Shown piece by piece: positions 15,661 to 27,903 of a stretch of 64,000 nt of DNA (the stretch's first letter is position 1; the number at the start of each line of letters is the position of its first letter). Origin of the DNA: Octopus sinensis (lineage: Eukaryota); assembly GCF_006345805.1 (NCBI RefSeq), contig NC_043001.1, forward strand, positions 77,066,001 through 77,130,000, given 5' to 3'. The position numbers and the translations under genes are program-made. Under the pieces are notes generated by a model. That model was not told where the DNA came from, did no database searches, and saw nothing but the letters and a program-made list of their open reading frames with translations.

Positions 15661-16041
15661 GTTCATCATCCGGCTGCCTATCCTATAATATTCGATCTCC
15701 TATCCGTAATACGGACTAATTAGACGCAGGGCAATATTTTGCTATATTTAAAAATATATGAAGTGTATTTCATGTACCGGTAAATATGGCTATTGACAAA
15801 TATACAAAGGGTGTGAAACCATGAATCAGACAGTTAACAAGCGATAAACAACTCAGCAAATGAAGTTAGAACAGGATACGATATAGCAAAACAAAATCAA
15901 GTTAAGCAATCCAGAAACAGGAACAGACGTGTACTTACTGAGTTGGCCAATAGAAAAGGATATAAAGAAAAGAACAATTCATGGGAAATAACTTTGAAAA
16001 GCAGGACCTAAAAAGAGACATAGAGAGAATCAACAAACATA

Positions 16042-16773
16042 CAGTAATGCCTCGATATATTAGTTAATTTCGTCTGTTTTTACGTTCTGAGTTCAAATTC
16101 CGCCGAGGTCGACTTTGCCCTTCATCCTTTCGGGGTCGATAAATTAAGTACCAGTTGCGTACTGGAATCGATCTAATCAACTGACTCCCTCCCCCCAAAT
16201 TTCGGGCCTTGTACCTAGCGTAGAACAGGATATACGAGTTAATTTGTTCCCGGACACCGCTCGTAAAGCGAAAACTTGTAAAACAGAACAATAATTTCCC
16301 ATAGTAGCAATGTTATAAATCGTAATTCGTTCCCAGAAAAATATTTTACCTATAAAATTTATAATAATCGTAAATAAATGGCTATAAAACAACAGTAGAA
16401 TATAAAGAATATTTTATGTAACTTAAAAGGAATGTCAATATCATTTATAATAAAAAATATTACTATAATCGTTTTGTTAATCATTTTCACTCACACTAGA
16501 CTCGCGCACATCATCACTTGTAGACACGATCACCGATTCACAATCACTCGGAGACAGACTTGTAGATTTCTTTTTAAAAAACAAGTCCAGAGTTGTTTGC
16601 TTAGAAGAACCTTTTTATTCGCTCTCTATAAATTCATCGGTAACACGCAGAAGCATTTGTTATGGAAGTAGAAACTTTTGCACTTCGTTCAAAATTTGGA
16701 CCTTGTGCTTGAAAATAAAACTTGTAAACCCGGGGTCTCGTAAAGCGGGTCCTCGTAAAGTGAGGAATTACTG
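16042..16773. mobile_element. pogo/Tigger-like MITE containing an OK-SINE fragment (~16070-16215)
   Basis: Termini CAGTAATGCCTCG / TGAGGAATTACTG flanked by TA. Confidence 0.65.
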
Positions 16774-17039
16774 TATACACATACACACGAATAAAACCAA
16801 ATGGACGGCAAGGTATTTCCGTCAAACTAAAGCGTTTGACCCGGTCATAAAAACAACAAAAAGAGTGTAATAGGTGTAAAACAACTTGCTCTAAACGAAT
16901 ATGACAAAAAAATACTACAGAAACTTATGAAATGTTCCAGACTGCTAATGGATTGTATGAGCTGGGCATCTGTTGTTTGCTGGCACAAGAGCTCCAAGAA
17001 TGGTAGAGAGATGAGAGACGATGTGGGAGAGAGATGGAC

Positions 17040-17690
17040 ATTAGAATATCAGAGCTGGTTGAAAAAGTTCGCAAATTTCTAGATGAAGACAGTCATGTGT
17101 CTACGAGGGTTGTTGAAAGTTCCTGGTTTTAAGGATGTCGCGAAAGGCCTGGATGACGACCCAATATTTCGAGTTCTTTTACAGGGCTTAGAAAAACTGG
17201 AGGACCGCTGCAATAAGTGTGTGCGTGTGGGAGGAGAATATGTTATATAAAATCATAATTAACCGATCCTTCTGTATTTTCTTTTACCCAAAGCCAGGAG
17301 CTCCTCGTATAATAACAATAAACATACTGTTTGGCGTTGGTGTGTTGACTACACAGAATCGTCCGTGAAGATTTGAGCATGTGCAAAATTTGTGCAATGT
17401 TTGTTCCCAGGATATTCAATGACGAGCTTCCTGGTAACCGAGTACTTGACAAAGACGGTCATCAGAACTGTCTCTCGCATTCTTTACAGTCCAGGCCTTG
17501 TTCCCTGTGACTCTTGGTTGTTTCCCCAGTAAAAAGAGAACCTCAGGGACAGTCGTTTCAAAGATATAAAGGACACAAAGTGGTTGGAGTGCTACAACAT
17601 GTGCATTGAAGTGAGAGGATGCTGTTTTGTACTTCTTTGAAATTGATCAAATCTCACATAAAAAGGCTGAAAACTTTTGGAATACACACC
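17040..17690 (+). mobile_element. Mariner remnant with a nested mariner MITE (17102-17308)
   Basis: HRIVREDLSMCKICAMFVPR-type residues. Nested element termini TACGAGGGTTGTTGAAAGTTCCTGG / CCAGGAGCTCCTCGTA. Confidence 0.6.
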
Positions 17691-17735
17691 CTGTGTGTGT
17701 ATGTGTGTGTGTGTGTATATATATATATAAATATA

Positions 17736-18350
17736 TAGGCGCAGGAGTGACTGTGTGGTAAGTAGCTTGCTTACCAACCACATGGTTTCGGGTTCAGTCC
17801 CACTGCGTGGCATCTTGGGCAAATGTCTTCTGCTATAGCCCCGGGCCGACCAATGCCTTGTGAGTGGATTTGGTAGAAGGAAACTGAAAGAAGCCTGTCG
17901 TATATATATATGTATGAATGTGTGTGTATATGTTTGTGTGTCTGTGTTTGTCCCCCCAACATCGCTTGACAACCGATGCTGGTGTGTTTACGTTCCCGTA
18001 ACTTAGCGGTTCGGCAAAAGAGACCGATAGAATAAGTACTGGGCTTACAAAGAATAAGTCCCGGGGTCGATTTGCTCGATTAAAGGCGGTGCTCCAGCAT
18101 TGCCACAATCAAATGACTGAAACAAGTAAAAGAGCGTAAAAGAGAGATATATATGTTCTTTATTTCTACTTGTTTTTTTCATTAGACTGCGGCCATACTG
18201 CAGCACCGGCTTGAAGAGTTTCAGTCGAACGAATCAACCCCAGTACTGATTTAAAGCTTGGTACTTAATCTATCAACATCTTGAGTTACGTGGGCGTAAA
18301 CACACCAACACTGGTTGTCAAGCTGTGGTGGGAGACAAAGACAAACACTC
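17736..18350. mobile_element. Two OR-type SINEs in opposite orientation (17736-18145 +, ~18165-18350 -)
   Basis: Family motifs present in both orientations, tail to tail. Confidence 0.75.
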
Positions 18351-18399
18351 ACACACACACATATCTCTCTCCCTCCCCTATCTCTCTACATATATATAT

Positions 18400-18441
<42 letters not shown>

Positions 18442-18455
18442 ATATTATATATATA

Positions 18456-18483
18456 TCTTTATATATATAAAACTGAGAATATG

Positions 18484-18514
<31 letters not shown>

Positions 18515-18900
18515 GTGTTTCCCTAAAACTTGAGAACTACACAACCAATTTCATTCAAATTTTACACATGCCTTACTTAGGGTCCGGGGAGTGTCATCGG
18601 CAAAAAAATTTTAGCTTTTTGCCTAGGGCGAGCCCACAGCAATATCATATCTTCTCCACTACGATTCCCTAAAACTTGAGAACTACACAACCAATTCCAT
18701 TCAAATTTTACACATGCCTTACTTAGGGTCCATGTAGTTTCATGGGAAAAAAATGTTCAACTTCTTGCCTAGAGCGAGCCCATAGCAATATCATATCTTC
18801 TCCACTATTTCAGTATTACGTGTTAAAAGTGAAACAAAAACATTTCTCTATTTTTTGTCAGATACTTTCAAACTAAAGTAACATGACAAAAGTAAAATTA
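18456..18900 (+). mobile_element. Helitron-like non-autonomous element, 5' part with internal ~130-bp duplication
   Basis: A|TC...TATATATAAAAC start followed by (TCTG)n. CCCTAAAACTTGAGAACTACACAACC occurs at ~18520 and ~18668. No 3' end seen. Confidence 0.45.
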
Positions 18901-19024
18901 GCAATTGGTATAAAATTGCATCAATGATTTGAACTTGAATAAGTGGTTTCACATGAATGGGAAAAATTAAAAATAAAATTAGCGTGCAGAAATGGAAAAG
19001 TCCAGATGGATAATAAAAAATTAA

Positions 19025-19080
19025 ATTAAAGAAAAGACTATTGTCTATAAAGTATACAATGTAGAGAAAAAAGGTCGCGT
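19025..19080 (+). pseudogene. Putative upstream ORF1 fragment of the host Tx1-like element (E0)
   Basis: Translates IKEKTIVYKVYNVEKKGRV, aligning with KEYIYKTYNTTTK (E3) and KTITYRTQDKNTRK (E2). It joins in frame with the sequence at 27904. Confidence 0.5.
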
Positions 19081-20740
19081 TTTTTTGCGCTCTGTAAAAT
19101 TCGGTTAAAAAAGAAAAAAGAACAAAACGTGAATTGTGGTTGCGGAATTGGAACGTCGGTTGGTGCGGTTTCGCGTCGCACTGGTTCTGTGCGTCGCACG
19201 TTTTCTGTTCGGGAGGCCGTTTTTCGGTCGGAGGCGACTATGAGCCGCCTCTACCAAACGGATGAGATGGAAGGGAGAAATTTCTCTGAAAATTCGTCGA
19301 CATCTGAGGAGGAGTTGGCAGTGAAAAAAATGGAAAGCACCTACGCAGGTATAACGAAGAAGTCAACAGAAAAAGAGATAGACCTGGCTAAGTTGACGGA
19401 CTTCCAGGAGTTCATGAAGGAGGAGGAGAACGGAGAGGTTGAGCTGTTGCCTCTAGCAGGGCGCGGAGACTGGTTCCATCGTAGAACCATAAATATAAAG
19501 TATTTATGAATGGAGGTAGAAAAATGGAAGTGATTAACATGGAAGCAATTGAAGAGGCTTTCAAACAGACAGGAGAAGAAATTGTGTACATGACAAAAGG
19601 ATTAGAATATGGAACCATAACGGTACAATTTAAAAGTGAGAAAGCAGCCAGGAATATAGCAGCCAAGGTGGTGAGTACAGAAAAGTTTTACTTGTTCCCC
19701 TCGTATTTGAATAGAAAGACCACCAGAATTAGGGTGGAAGGAATACCTCCACACCTAGAGGGCGAATTAATAACGGCTGCGGTTATCAAAGGAAATGAAG
19801 ATAAAGTGGACATCCTCCACGCCATTATGAAATATGAAGGCGTGAGAGGTGCCACACTAGTAATGAACATACAGACGGAGACGGAAGTTATAGAAAAGCT
19901 TACGGACAGTATAAAAACTGGAAATATTATTATGAGAGTGTGGGTGGAGGGTAGGGCGCCCAGGTGCTACAAGTGTGGCCTGAGGGGTCACATAAGAGCC
20001 TACTGCCCTCCCCCACAAAGGAAAAAGAAAAGGAAATCGTCGCGGAAGCCCCAAAGAGGAAGAAACCAAAGAGAACCAAACGGAAAAAGAAACGACAGAA
20101 GAAGAAGAGATGCAACAAGAGTGGGAAGAAGGAAGAAAAAAGAGAAAAAGAAAGAAAAAGAAAAACTGTGCGAAGCCCCAACCCACCCCAACACCACCCG
20201 CACCCTCTGAATCCCACCCTTCCCCTGCAGACAGTGAACCCACCCGCTCCCCTCCAACAAGAAAACAAAAGAAAAATAATAATACAGACAGACAAGAGTT
20301 TGAAAACGAACCCAGGCCGAACATTTATATTGTGACTGAACAGAAAGAAGTTACAAGGGTAATGGAGGAGTATGAATGGTATGAAATGGATGGGACCAGA
20401 TATGCAGTGCTGGAAAAGAAGAATATAGATGAGTTTGTGTTGAGGTGTGAAAGGGAGAATTGGGAGGTGAAAGATACAAGAATGAGCGATGAATTCGTGG
20501 AATATATGGAGGACAGTTTCGGAGTAAGAATGGATATGGATGGTCTTCGTATTGGGAATGAACATTCAGGTGACAGTGAAAACAAAAGGACAGGTAAGTG
20601 ATGCTGGCGGAGGGGGCCGTTAGCATCGCTTTCATATTATCATTTTTTCATTTGCTCATAAATTTAATCATATTGTTCTATGTCCCCCATGTTTTGTTAT
20701 GTCCGCCATTCTTCGTAGCCCCTGGTGGGTAATAAAGAAA
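19081..20740 (+). mobile_element. Tx1-like ORF1-only retroelement E1
   Basis: ORF1 in three frames (19240-20601) with CYKCGLRGHIRAYC zinc knuckle, no ORF2, and 3' tail GTAGCCCCTGGTGGGTAATAAAGAAA. Confidence 0.8.
19240..20601 (+). CDS. Gag-like ORF1 protein of E1 (RRM-like region, CCHC knuckle, K/E-rich linker, C-terminal domain), two frameshifts
   Basis: ORF track segments 19129-19509, 19506-20210 and 20110-20601; homologous to the ORF1s of E2 and E3 (YGT.V.F...FPSYLNRKTTRIRVEGIPP). Confidence 0.7.
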
Positions 20741-20754
20741 TAACATGTCCGAAA

Positions 20755-22673
20755 TCTATCCACGTGTGTTGTGAGTTATTTTGTATGTGAAAATTGGAAA
20801 AAAAAAAACTGTTAAAAATTGTCAAAAAATTGAATCGCGCGAGGCGTTTGCCGCTGCGTGTTTGAACCTTTTATAGAAGGTGTGTCGACCCTCAAGTCAT
20901 GGAGACTTACGCGGGGGTCGCCACAACAAAAAGTGACGAGTCTCTTAGAATAAAAGAAGTGTTCATTAGAAAAGAACAATTGAAGGAATACGAGAAGTAC
21001 GTCAAAAGGGAAGGTGACAGCGTGAAGCTGGTCCCGCCTGTGGAAACAATAGAAGAGAGAAATAACAAGACGATAACGTATAGAACGCAAGATAAGAACA
21101 CGAGAAAACTGGTGAGAGTGACTATTGAAGAAATAGAGAAATGTCTGGGGGACATCATGAAAAAAGCGACTTTTGTAGACAGAGGGAAGAAATATGGTAC
21201 GGTGGAGGTGAGATGCGCAACAAAGGAAGTGGCGGCCTCATTGGCTTCCACTGTCCTGAAAGCGGAAAATTTCACCATGTGGCCGACGTATAAAGGAAGA
21301 CGAGGGGTACGGGTAAGAGTCCCAAAGGTGCCCCCAGATATTAAAACAGAAATGCTGGTAACAGCCATTATTGGGGCAGCAAAAGAGGAAGTAGAAATAG
21401 GGTCAATTAAGGAGACGAACGTTGTAAATTGGAAGGGATTCGGAGTAGAGTTGTGGCTGATGCCACAATGGAAGACATCGAAAGATTTCCCTTCCAAATA
21501 GAAATAGAAAACGAGAAAACAATTAGTGTAATAGTGGAAGGCAGAAAACTGAATTGCTACCTGTGCGGATCAAGAGGGCACATAAAAAAGGAATGCCCGC
21601 TGTATGAATTCACAGCGGAGCAAAAAGAGACACAAAGTGGAGAGAAGGAAAGCGAACACGAAGGAAAGAACAGCGAAAACAAGGTAAAGGAAATAACGGA
21701 GAAACAACAAGAGAAGGGAAGTAACAGCGCACTGAAGGAAAATGAAAACAAAGGGAAGAAGATAGTAGAAAAGGAGCAAAATTCACAGGGTGCAGAAGTA
21801 GTGGAGAAGGAGCCAAGGCAGAAGCAAGAGAAAGAAAAGGAAAGTACATTAAAGGAAAGAGAAAAAGCAGGAAAAGAACAAGAGAAGGAACAGAACCAAG
21901 AGAAAGGAAAAGATGGTATGCAAAAAGGAAAAGAAACAACAGGAAAGGAACTTAAGGCACAGGGTAGAGAGACGGCAGACAAAGAGCCAAAAAGACAAGA
22001 GAAGGAAAAAGAAAGAAGAGAAAGCAAAAAGAGAGAAAGAGAACCGAGGGAGGAGAAAAAAGAGGAAGTAAGTCCTAAGAGAAAAACTAGAGAAAACGTA
22101 GGTACGAATAGAAAATTCAAATACTATGGAACGTTGATCCATCACAGGCACTGTGAGGAGATGGAAGATTTAATAAACGTAACAAATGGATATACGTGGG
22201 TCAGGATGGGCACCGAATGGAAAGAAACAGGTGCACTCGTCCACGAGAACGACGCCGAGGCGTTCATCGAGGCAGCTGGCAAGAACGTGTCAAAACATAT
22301 GAAATGCCGACTTACAAGGTGGCCACGAACGATGGAAGTTTACTCAGATTTGGTAGAGATAATGGAGTATATATAAAAGAAAAGGTATTGTGAAAACTTA
22401 ATTTGGAAATGATAAAAAGAACTTTAAATTCTGAAAAAAAAAAAAAAAAGAAATGTTGAACTTTGTAAAACTTTTGAAATATATGTTGAAAATGTATAAA
22501 ATGTTTTATTTGGAAAATATTGTTGACGAATAAAAAACAAATGACGAAATGTAACCGCTCGATTTCGGGGATCGAGTGGGCATTACACCACATTGTACAA
22601 ACTTCATAATTCTTTATTCATTTTCCCGATTGTATTGTCCCATCTATGTAGCCCCTAGTGGGTAATAATAAAA
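20755..22673 (+). mobile_element. Tx1-like ORF1-only retroelement E2
   Basis: ORF1 at 20899-22376, a ~300-bp 3'UTR and the tail TGTAGCCCCTAGTGGGTAATAATAAAA; no EN or RT. Confidence 0.8.
20899..22376 (+). CDS. Gag-like ORF1 protein of E2 (CYLCGSRGHIKKEC knuckle), one frameshift near 21460
   Basis: ORFs 20899-21501 and 21429-22376. Confidence 0.75.
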
Positions 22674-22903
22674 CAACATGGAGGAAATCAATTTTTTGCG
22701 TTTATTAGTAAGTTGATATATTTTTGCTCTCGTACTATTATCTCTGTTATTATATACTGTTGGTCTACCTGTTTTGTCTATTGTTGTCTAACTGACGAAG
22801 TCAGCCTTCGCGTGAAGACTTCGCGTTGGTGTTCCCCCCTCCGTGGGGGAAAACTACAATTAATTTGGACTTACCAAAGGCTTGTTAAAGCCATTTGTTC
22901 AAG

Positions 22904-24268
22904 ATGGAGTCCCCCATCTCTTATTCGCCCGTGACGAGCGAGGATGAATACCCGGCGTTGTCGCCAAGAAAAAGAGAGGCGTTGTCGCCAAGAAAAAAAG
23001 AGGCGTTGTCGCCGAAGAAAAAAGAGGCGGCGTCGCCCAAGAAAATGGAAAAACCAGTACCAGCATCAACTCCAGCGAAAAAATTCGCTGAAGTGGCTGG
23101 GAAAAAATTAAAAAATAAATGTAGAAATTTGAAAAATTGCAGACTGTGTAAAAAAAGAGGGCACAGAAGTGACTGTGGCCACAAACATAACAAACATGAC
23201 GATATAGAAAAAAAAGAATAATATATAAAACTTACAACACAACGACAAAAATGATCCAAAAATCGAAGAAAAAAAAATAGAGTTTTGTCTAAAACTTTTA
23301 ATGGATAAAATAACGTATATAAACAGAGAAAAAGATACGGCACAGTGGAGGTGCGTTTTACTACGGAGGAGATAGCGAAAAAACTATCGATGGAGCCGAT
23401 CAAAGCAGAAAACATTGTCTTACTACCATTGTATAAAGGAAAAAGGACGTCGAAAATTTCAATGAACAACATACCGCCAGAGGCAGATGCAGAATGTCTG
23501 GTGGCAGCAGTGATGGTAGGCCTGGAGGAAAAATAAACATCCTCCAGGCCACAGTGGAGGAAGAGGAGTTTTGGAAAGGCAGAAAATAGTGATAGCCATT
23601 CAGGCGGAGGTGCAAACACTGGAAGAAATTCCAGAAACGGTAAAGATTAGTGAAGACGAGAAAATAACAGTTTTCGTGGAGGGCAGGAAGCCGAGGTGCT
23701 TCGGCTGCGGCAAGAAGGGTCATGTAAGGGCGGAATGCCAACCCCAACCCAAACGCAGGAAGCACCTAAGCCAAGAGAAAAAGAAGATAATGTGTCACCA
23801 GAAGCACCGTCGGACGGCCCAGAAGGGAAGACTGAAGGTGTGGAGGTGACGGTGACAGCAGAACCAGCGGCGGAGGAAAAAAAGAGCGAGGAAAAGATAA
23901 ATGAGGAGGGGTGGGCAAAAATTACCGAAAAAAAAAAGAAAAACGGAAACCACCCCTCCCAGAGTAATTAAAAAAGAAAAGAAGAGTCAATGAACCCGTA
24001 TATGGCCGTAAAGGCAGCAAATAGCAGACTCGGAAACGTGTTGGCAGCCATGGCCAAAGTGGAGAAAGTAGTGAAAAAAAACGACTTTGTAATTTACAGA
24101 ATAGGCCGGAAGGATTACGGGCGGATAAAGTCAGAATTCTTCCATGACGTAGGCCCACTTAGATTGGATGTGACATCTCCACATATATTCGAGGGCCTAC
24201 GTCAGACTCCCCCACGAGGCCAAGAAAAAGAGTTAGAAGAACAAGAGAAAACCGAACCACTGATATAA
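22904..24268 (+). pseudogene. ORF1 of E3 (frameshifted)
   Basis: Segments RYGTVEVRF...LPLYKGKRTSKI and VFVEGRKPRCFGCGKKGHVRAEC. Confidence 0.75.
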
Positions 24269-24277
24269 AGGTAAGTA

Positions 24278-27200
24278 ATGGATTACATTTATGTTGGTTG
24301 TCTGAATGTGCGCGGCCTGGGAGCAGGCTGGAAGCAAGGTCGCTTCCTGCATGATATCAGGTCGCGTAATTTAGATGTTATTGTTGCTACAGAAACCCGG
24401 TTAGAGGGGCCAAGAGGTCTACTCCCGCTGTTTGACGGCTACGAGAGTTTTTTCTCTCCTGGCAGTCCTACAGGCGGGAGTGGGGTTGTCCTAATAAAAA
24501 GAACCGGGTTTCTGAGAAAAAGTTAATTTTTGCAGATCTAGAAGGTAGGCTGGTCGTCATGGATTTGACGTTCAGTAATGGTAAAGTTATCAGACTGGTT
24601 GCAATTTACGCACCCCACCATACAGGGCAAAGTGATTATTTTCGTGAACTAGAAAACTTTCTTGGTACTTCGCATTCATTAGTGGTGCTAGGAGACTTTA
24701 ACACAATTTGCAAAGCGGATAGATTGTGTTGGCTCGCGTCCAGATAGAAAAGGCAACAGTGGCTTCATGGAACTGCTAAGCCGCTTTGAGCTAGCAGATC
24801 CTTATAGGCTGGAATTTCCGAACGCTCCATTGTGGACATGGTCAAACAGCGACGGATCTTCCAGGTCATATTTAGATAGAATACTAATTAGAAAAGTAGA
24901 CAGTAAAATAGCTAAGTGTCCACAGTTTTACCCGATCAGCTACAGTGATCATAAAATGGTCACTTGTAAGCTTGACATAGATAAGGTTAAAAATAGAGGA
25001 TCCGGTTACTGGAAACTTAATACGTCCCTTTTGGCGATTAAGGAGTACAAAGACCGATTAGGAATATAATTCAGAGGGCACTATCTGGTACCATCATTAA
25101 TAACAAATGGTGGTACGCCCTCAAACGAGCCATCAAGTTTGAGTCTATTAGATATAGCATAGGAGTAGTGGCTAGAGAGGCTAGAAGGGAAACTACTCTA
25201 GTTAAGGAATTAGAGGAAGCCATGAAAACTGGCTCTGCGGCTCAGGTGGCGTCCAAGAGACTGGTGTTAAACCAGCACCTCGAGGCCAACACATGGGCTG
25301 CATTGTCAGGGCTAGAATCCGCCATATGGGATGTGAAGGAATCAACGCCGTGAGATGGGCCCGAGTGGTGGAAGCCCAGCATGGTAACGATGCCACGATT
25401 CGATCTTTGACGAACCAACAAGGTGAGTTGATAAACGAACCCGAGGAGATGTGTGAGGCCTTTCAGGAGCACTTCGCTCAGCTTTTCGGTGAGTGCGGCG
25501 GACTGGATAGGAGGAGGGCCTTTACGGACCTACTCGACGGGCTGCCGCGCTTATCGGGGCGAGATGCGGAGGGCTGTGAAGTGCCAATCACGCCTGAGGA
25601 GGTGGTTGAGGCAATGGCGGACTGCGGCGCGGGCAAGGCGCCGGGTTGGATGGTCTACCCTATGAGTTATATAAGAGTATGCCAGACTTGTTCGGGCACC
25701 TACTGGCGGAGGTCTATGCGAACTGGCAGCAGAACGGGCTTATACCCCCAGATCTGTGCGCCGGGGAGTAGTGACTCTCGTCAGAAAGGACCCGAGCAAG
25801 GGGGAGTGCATTGATAATTTCAGGCCCATCACTCTGCTAAACAGAGTTGAAGATTTTGGCCAAAGTGTTATCGAAAAGATTGGCGCGTGTCGCGGATGGT
25901 CTGATCGGAGAGGCACAGACATGTGCCGTTTCGGGCAGATCCATTCAGGATAATCTCCATCTAATGCGGTACACTATAGAGGGGTTTAATAGTGATTCTG
26001 GCAAGGGTGGGGCACTGGTCCATTTAGACCAATCTAAAGCTTTTGATAGAGTCGACCATCGTTACCTGGTATCTGCCCTGGCACAGTTCGGGCTGAGCCT
26101 TGGCTTCCTCAGGTGGATTATCCAAATTTATGATAACATCGACTCGGTAGTTCGGGTGAACGGCTTCTTGTCGAAGCCGTTCAAAATCAAACGCTCGGTT
26201 CGTCAAGGGTGTCCGCTCTCCCCGCTTTTGTACGTGATGGCTCTTGAGCCATTACTGCGAAAACTGAGCGGCATCCCGAGACAGCCAGGTAATGGAAAAT
26301 CAGTGTCAGCGTACGCGGATGACATCACCATCATCGTAACCGAAATGGACCACCTATGTAAAGTAGGCAAGGCCATAGAGGTTTACGAGACGGTGACAGG
26401 AGCAAAAGTTAATCGCGAAAAGTCAGTCGGCTTGCAACTCGGCACCTGGAGAGGCAAGTCGATGCCTCCTGACAGCGTCGTGGGACGTTGGACGGAGGGT
26501 CCGATTAAACTGCTAGGGGTCTGGTTCGGTCCAGACCTCCAAATAGAGAAGAATTGGGGCGAGGTATCGAGCAAGGTAGCTGCAGTAGCCAAGACCTGGT
26601 CTTGGCGGTGGCTATCCCTGAAAGGGAGGGCGGAGGTGGCCAATGTGTTTATCGCATCGGTTATCACCTACCGCCTTTCCGTCGTTCCTTGCCCTGATTC
26701 GTGGTTGATCAAGTTGGAAAGACAGCTCTTCTACTTCTTGTGGAAGGGCGGGAAACCACTTGTGAAACGCTCTACTTGCTGTCAACAACCGTTAAAGGGT
26801 GGGCTAGGGATGCCTTGGCTGATGATGCGCAGACATGCGCTGAGGTTAAGACATCTGTGGCTCTACCTGGATGGTGAACGGGTGTGTCTTCGCTAGCAAA
26901 ACTGATGTTTCCCAAGTTCACTAGTTTCGGTGATGGGAAACCTGGCTGAATCGTAGATCGAAACTTGGTACTTGGTACACGGAGTGTCGCAAGGCTCTCC
27001 TGCTATTCCGTCGCTCGGGCAACGCCTGCGGTGGGGGTTCCACCACATTCTTCTATAGAGGTTGGTAGAGGCGGAATGTGAAGATACCTTGGGGGAAACC
27101 CTAGGTCTCGACGATAATCAGCTGGCCAGTCTGTTCCGACGTACGTTCAAGCCGAGGACACTGGACAACTTCCAGAAGTCTCTGGCATGGCAATGCTACA

Positions 27201-27659
27201 GAGGAGCTCTACCTGTTCGGGATAAACTCGCAAGGCACGGTGGCCAAGACAGTCCGATATGTCCAAGATGCGGGCGGGATAGGGAACCGTCCCGCACGCT
27301 ATTGTTCATTGTCCGGACGTGTCTGAGGTGTGGGTTTATGCCGAACAGCTGTTGTCAGGTACACGAAGAGTACAGCTGTCGACTGAGTCGATTACAAAAA
27401 TTGACCCACCGGATTTCCTCGTGAATGAAGGTAAGTTTCGTTTTCTCGTTGTAGTAGCAATTGCGAAAGAGGTGATATGGAAGACGAGAATGAAAGGTTT
27501 ACAGTCAGGCAGTTCATCTCCGGCCCTGGTTTGATGAATTATTTCATCTTTCACCTGAAAAGGAAGATAGGGCTGGAGAGAATATGCCTGACTAGGAGAG
27601 TGTATGAAGAACGATGGAAGGATGTAGCACGAAAGTTGCGAGTGAAAGATACAACATAA
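24278..27659 (+). pseudogene. ORF2 of E3: AP endonuclease, reverse transcriptase and C-terminal zinc finger (multiple frameshifts)
   Basis: CLNVRGL, ETRL, GDFN, YLDRIL, YSDHK (EN); LDQSKAFDRVDH, VRQGCPLSP, AYADD (RT); CPRCG (ZnF). Confidence 0.9.
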
Positions 27660-27903
27660 ATGTAATACCAAGCGCAACCAAAAGTATCAGTGGGGAGGCG
27701 GGGCTCGTGGGGTCCGAGCTAAACCCGCACCCACTCCACCCGTAATGTCTTCCGGTCTGTCCCATCATTCGATTTCTGTCCATTTATTGTAATTCATGAA
27801 AATTTTTAAATTCGATTTATTGTAAAAACCCATTCGTGTGTCTGACCCCATCATCAGATTGTATTGTCCCATCTATATTCGCCCCTTGTGGGTAATAATA
27901 AAA

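Larger units (their letters stand above)
22688..27903 (+). mobile_element. Full-length L1/Tx1-clade non-LTR retrotransposon E3 (ORF1 + APE-EN/RT/CCHC ORF2)
   Basis: ORF1 22904-24268 (CFGCGKKGHVRAEC) and ORF2 24278-~27660. Flanked by the identical 14-bp CAACATGGAGGAAA (22674-22687, 27904-27917). Confidence 0.9.

Noticed and set aside
19857-23619. Long minus-strand F/S/L-rich ORFs
   Set aside because: Antisense shadows of the purine-rich ORF1 sequences.
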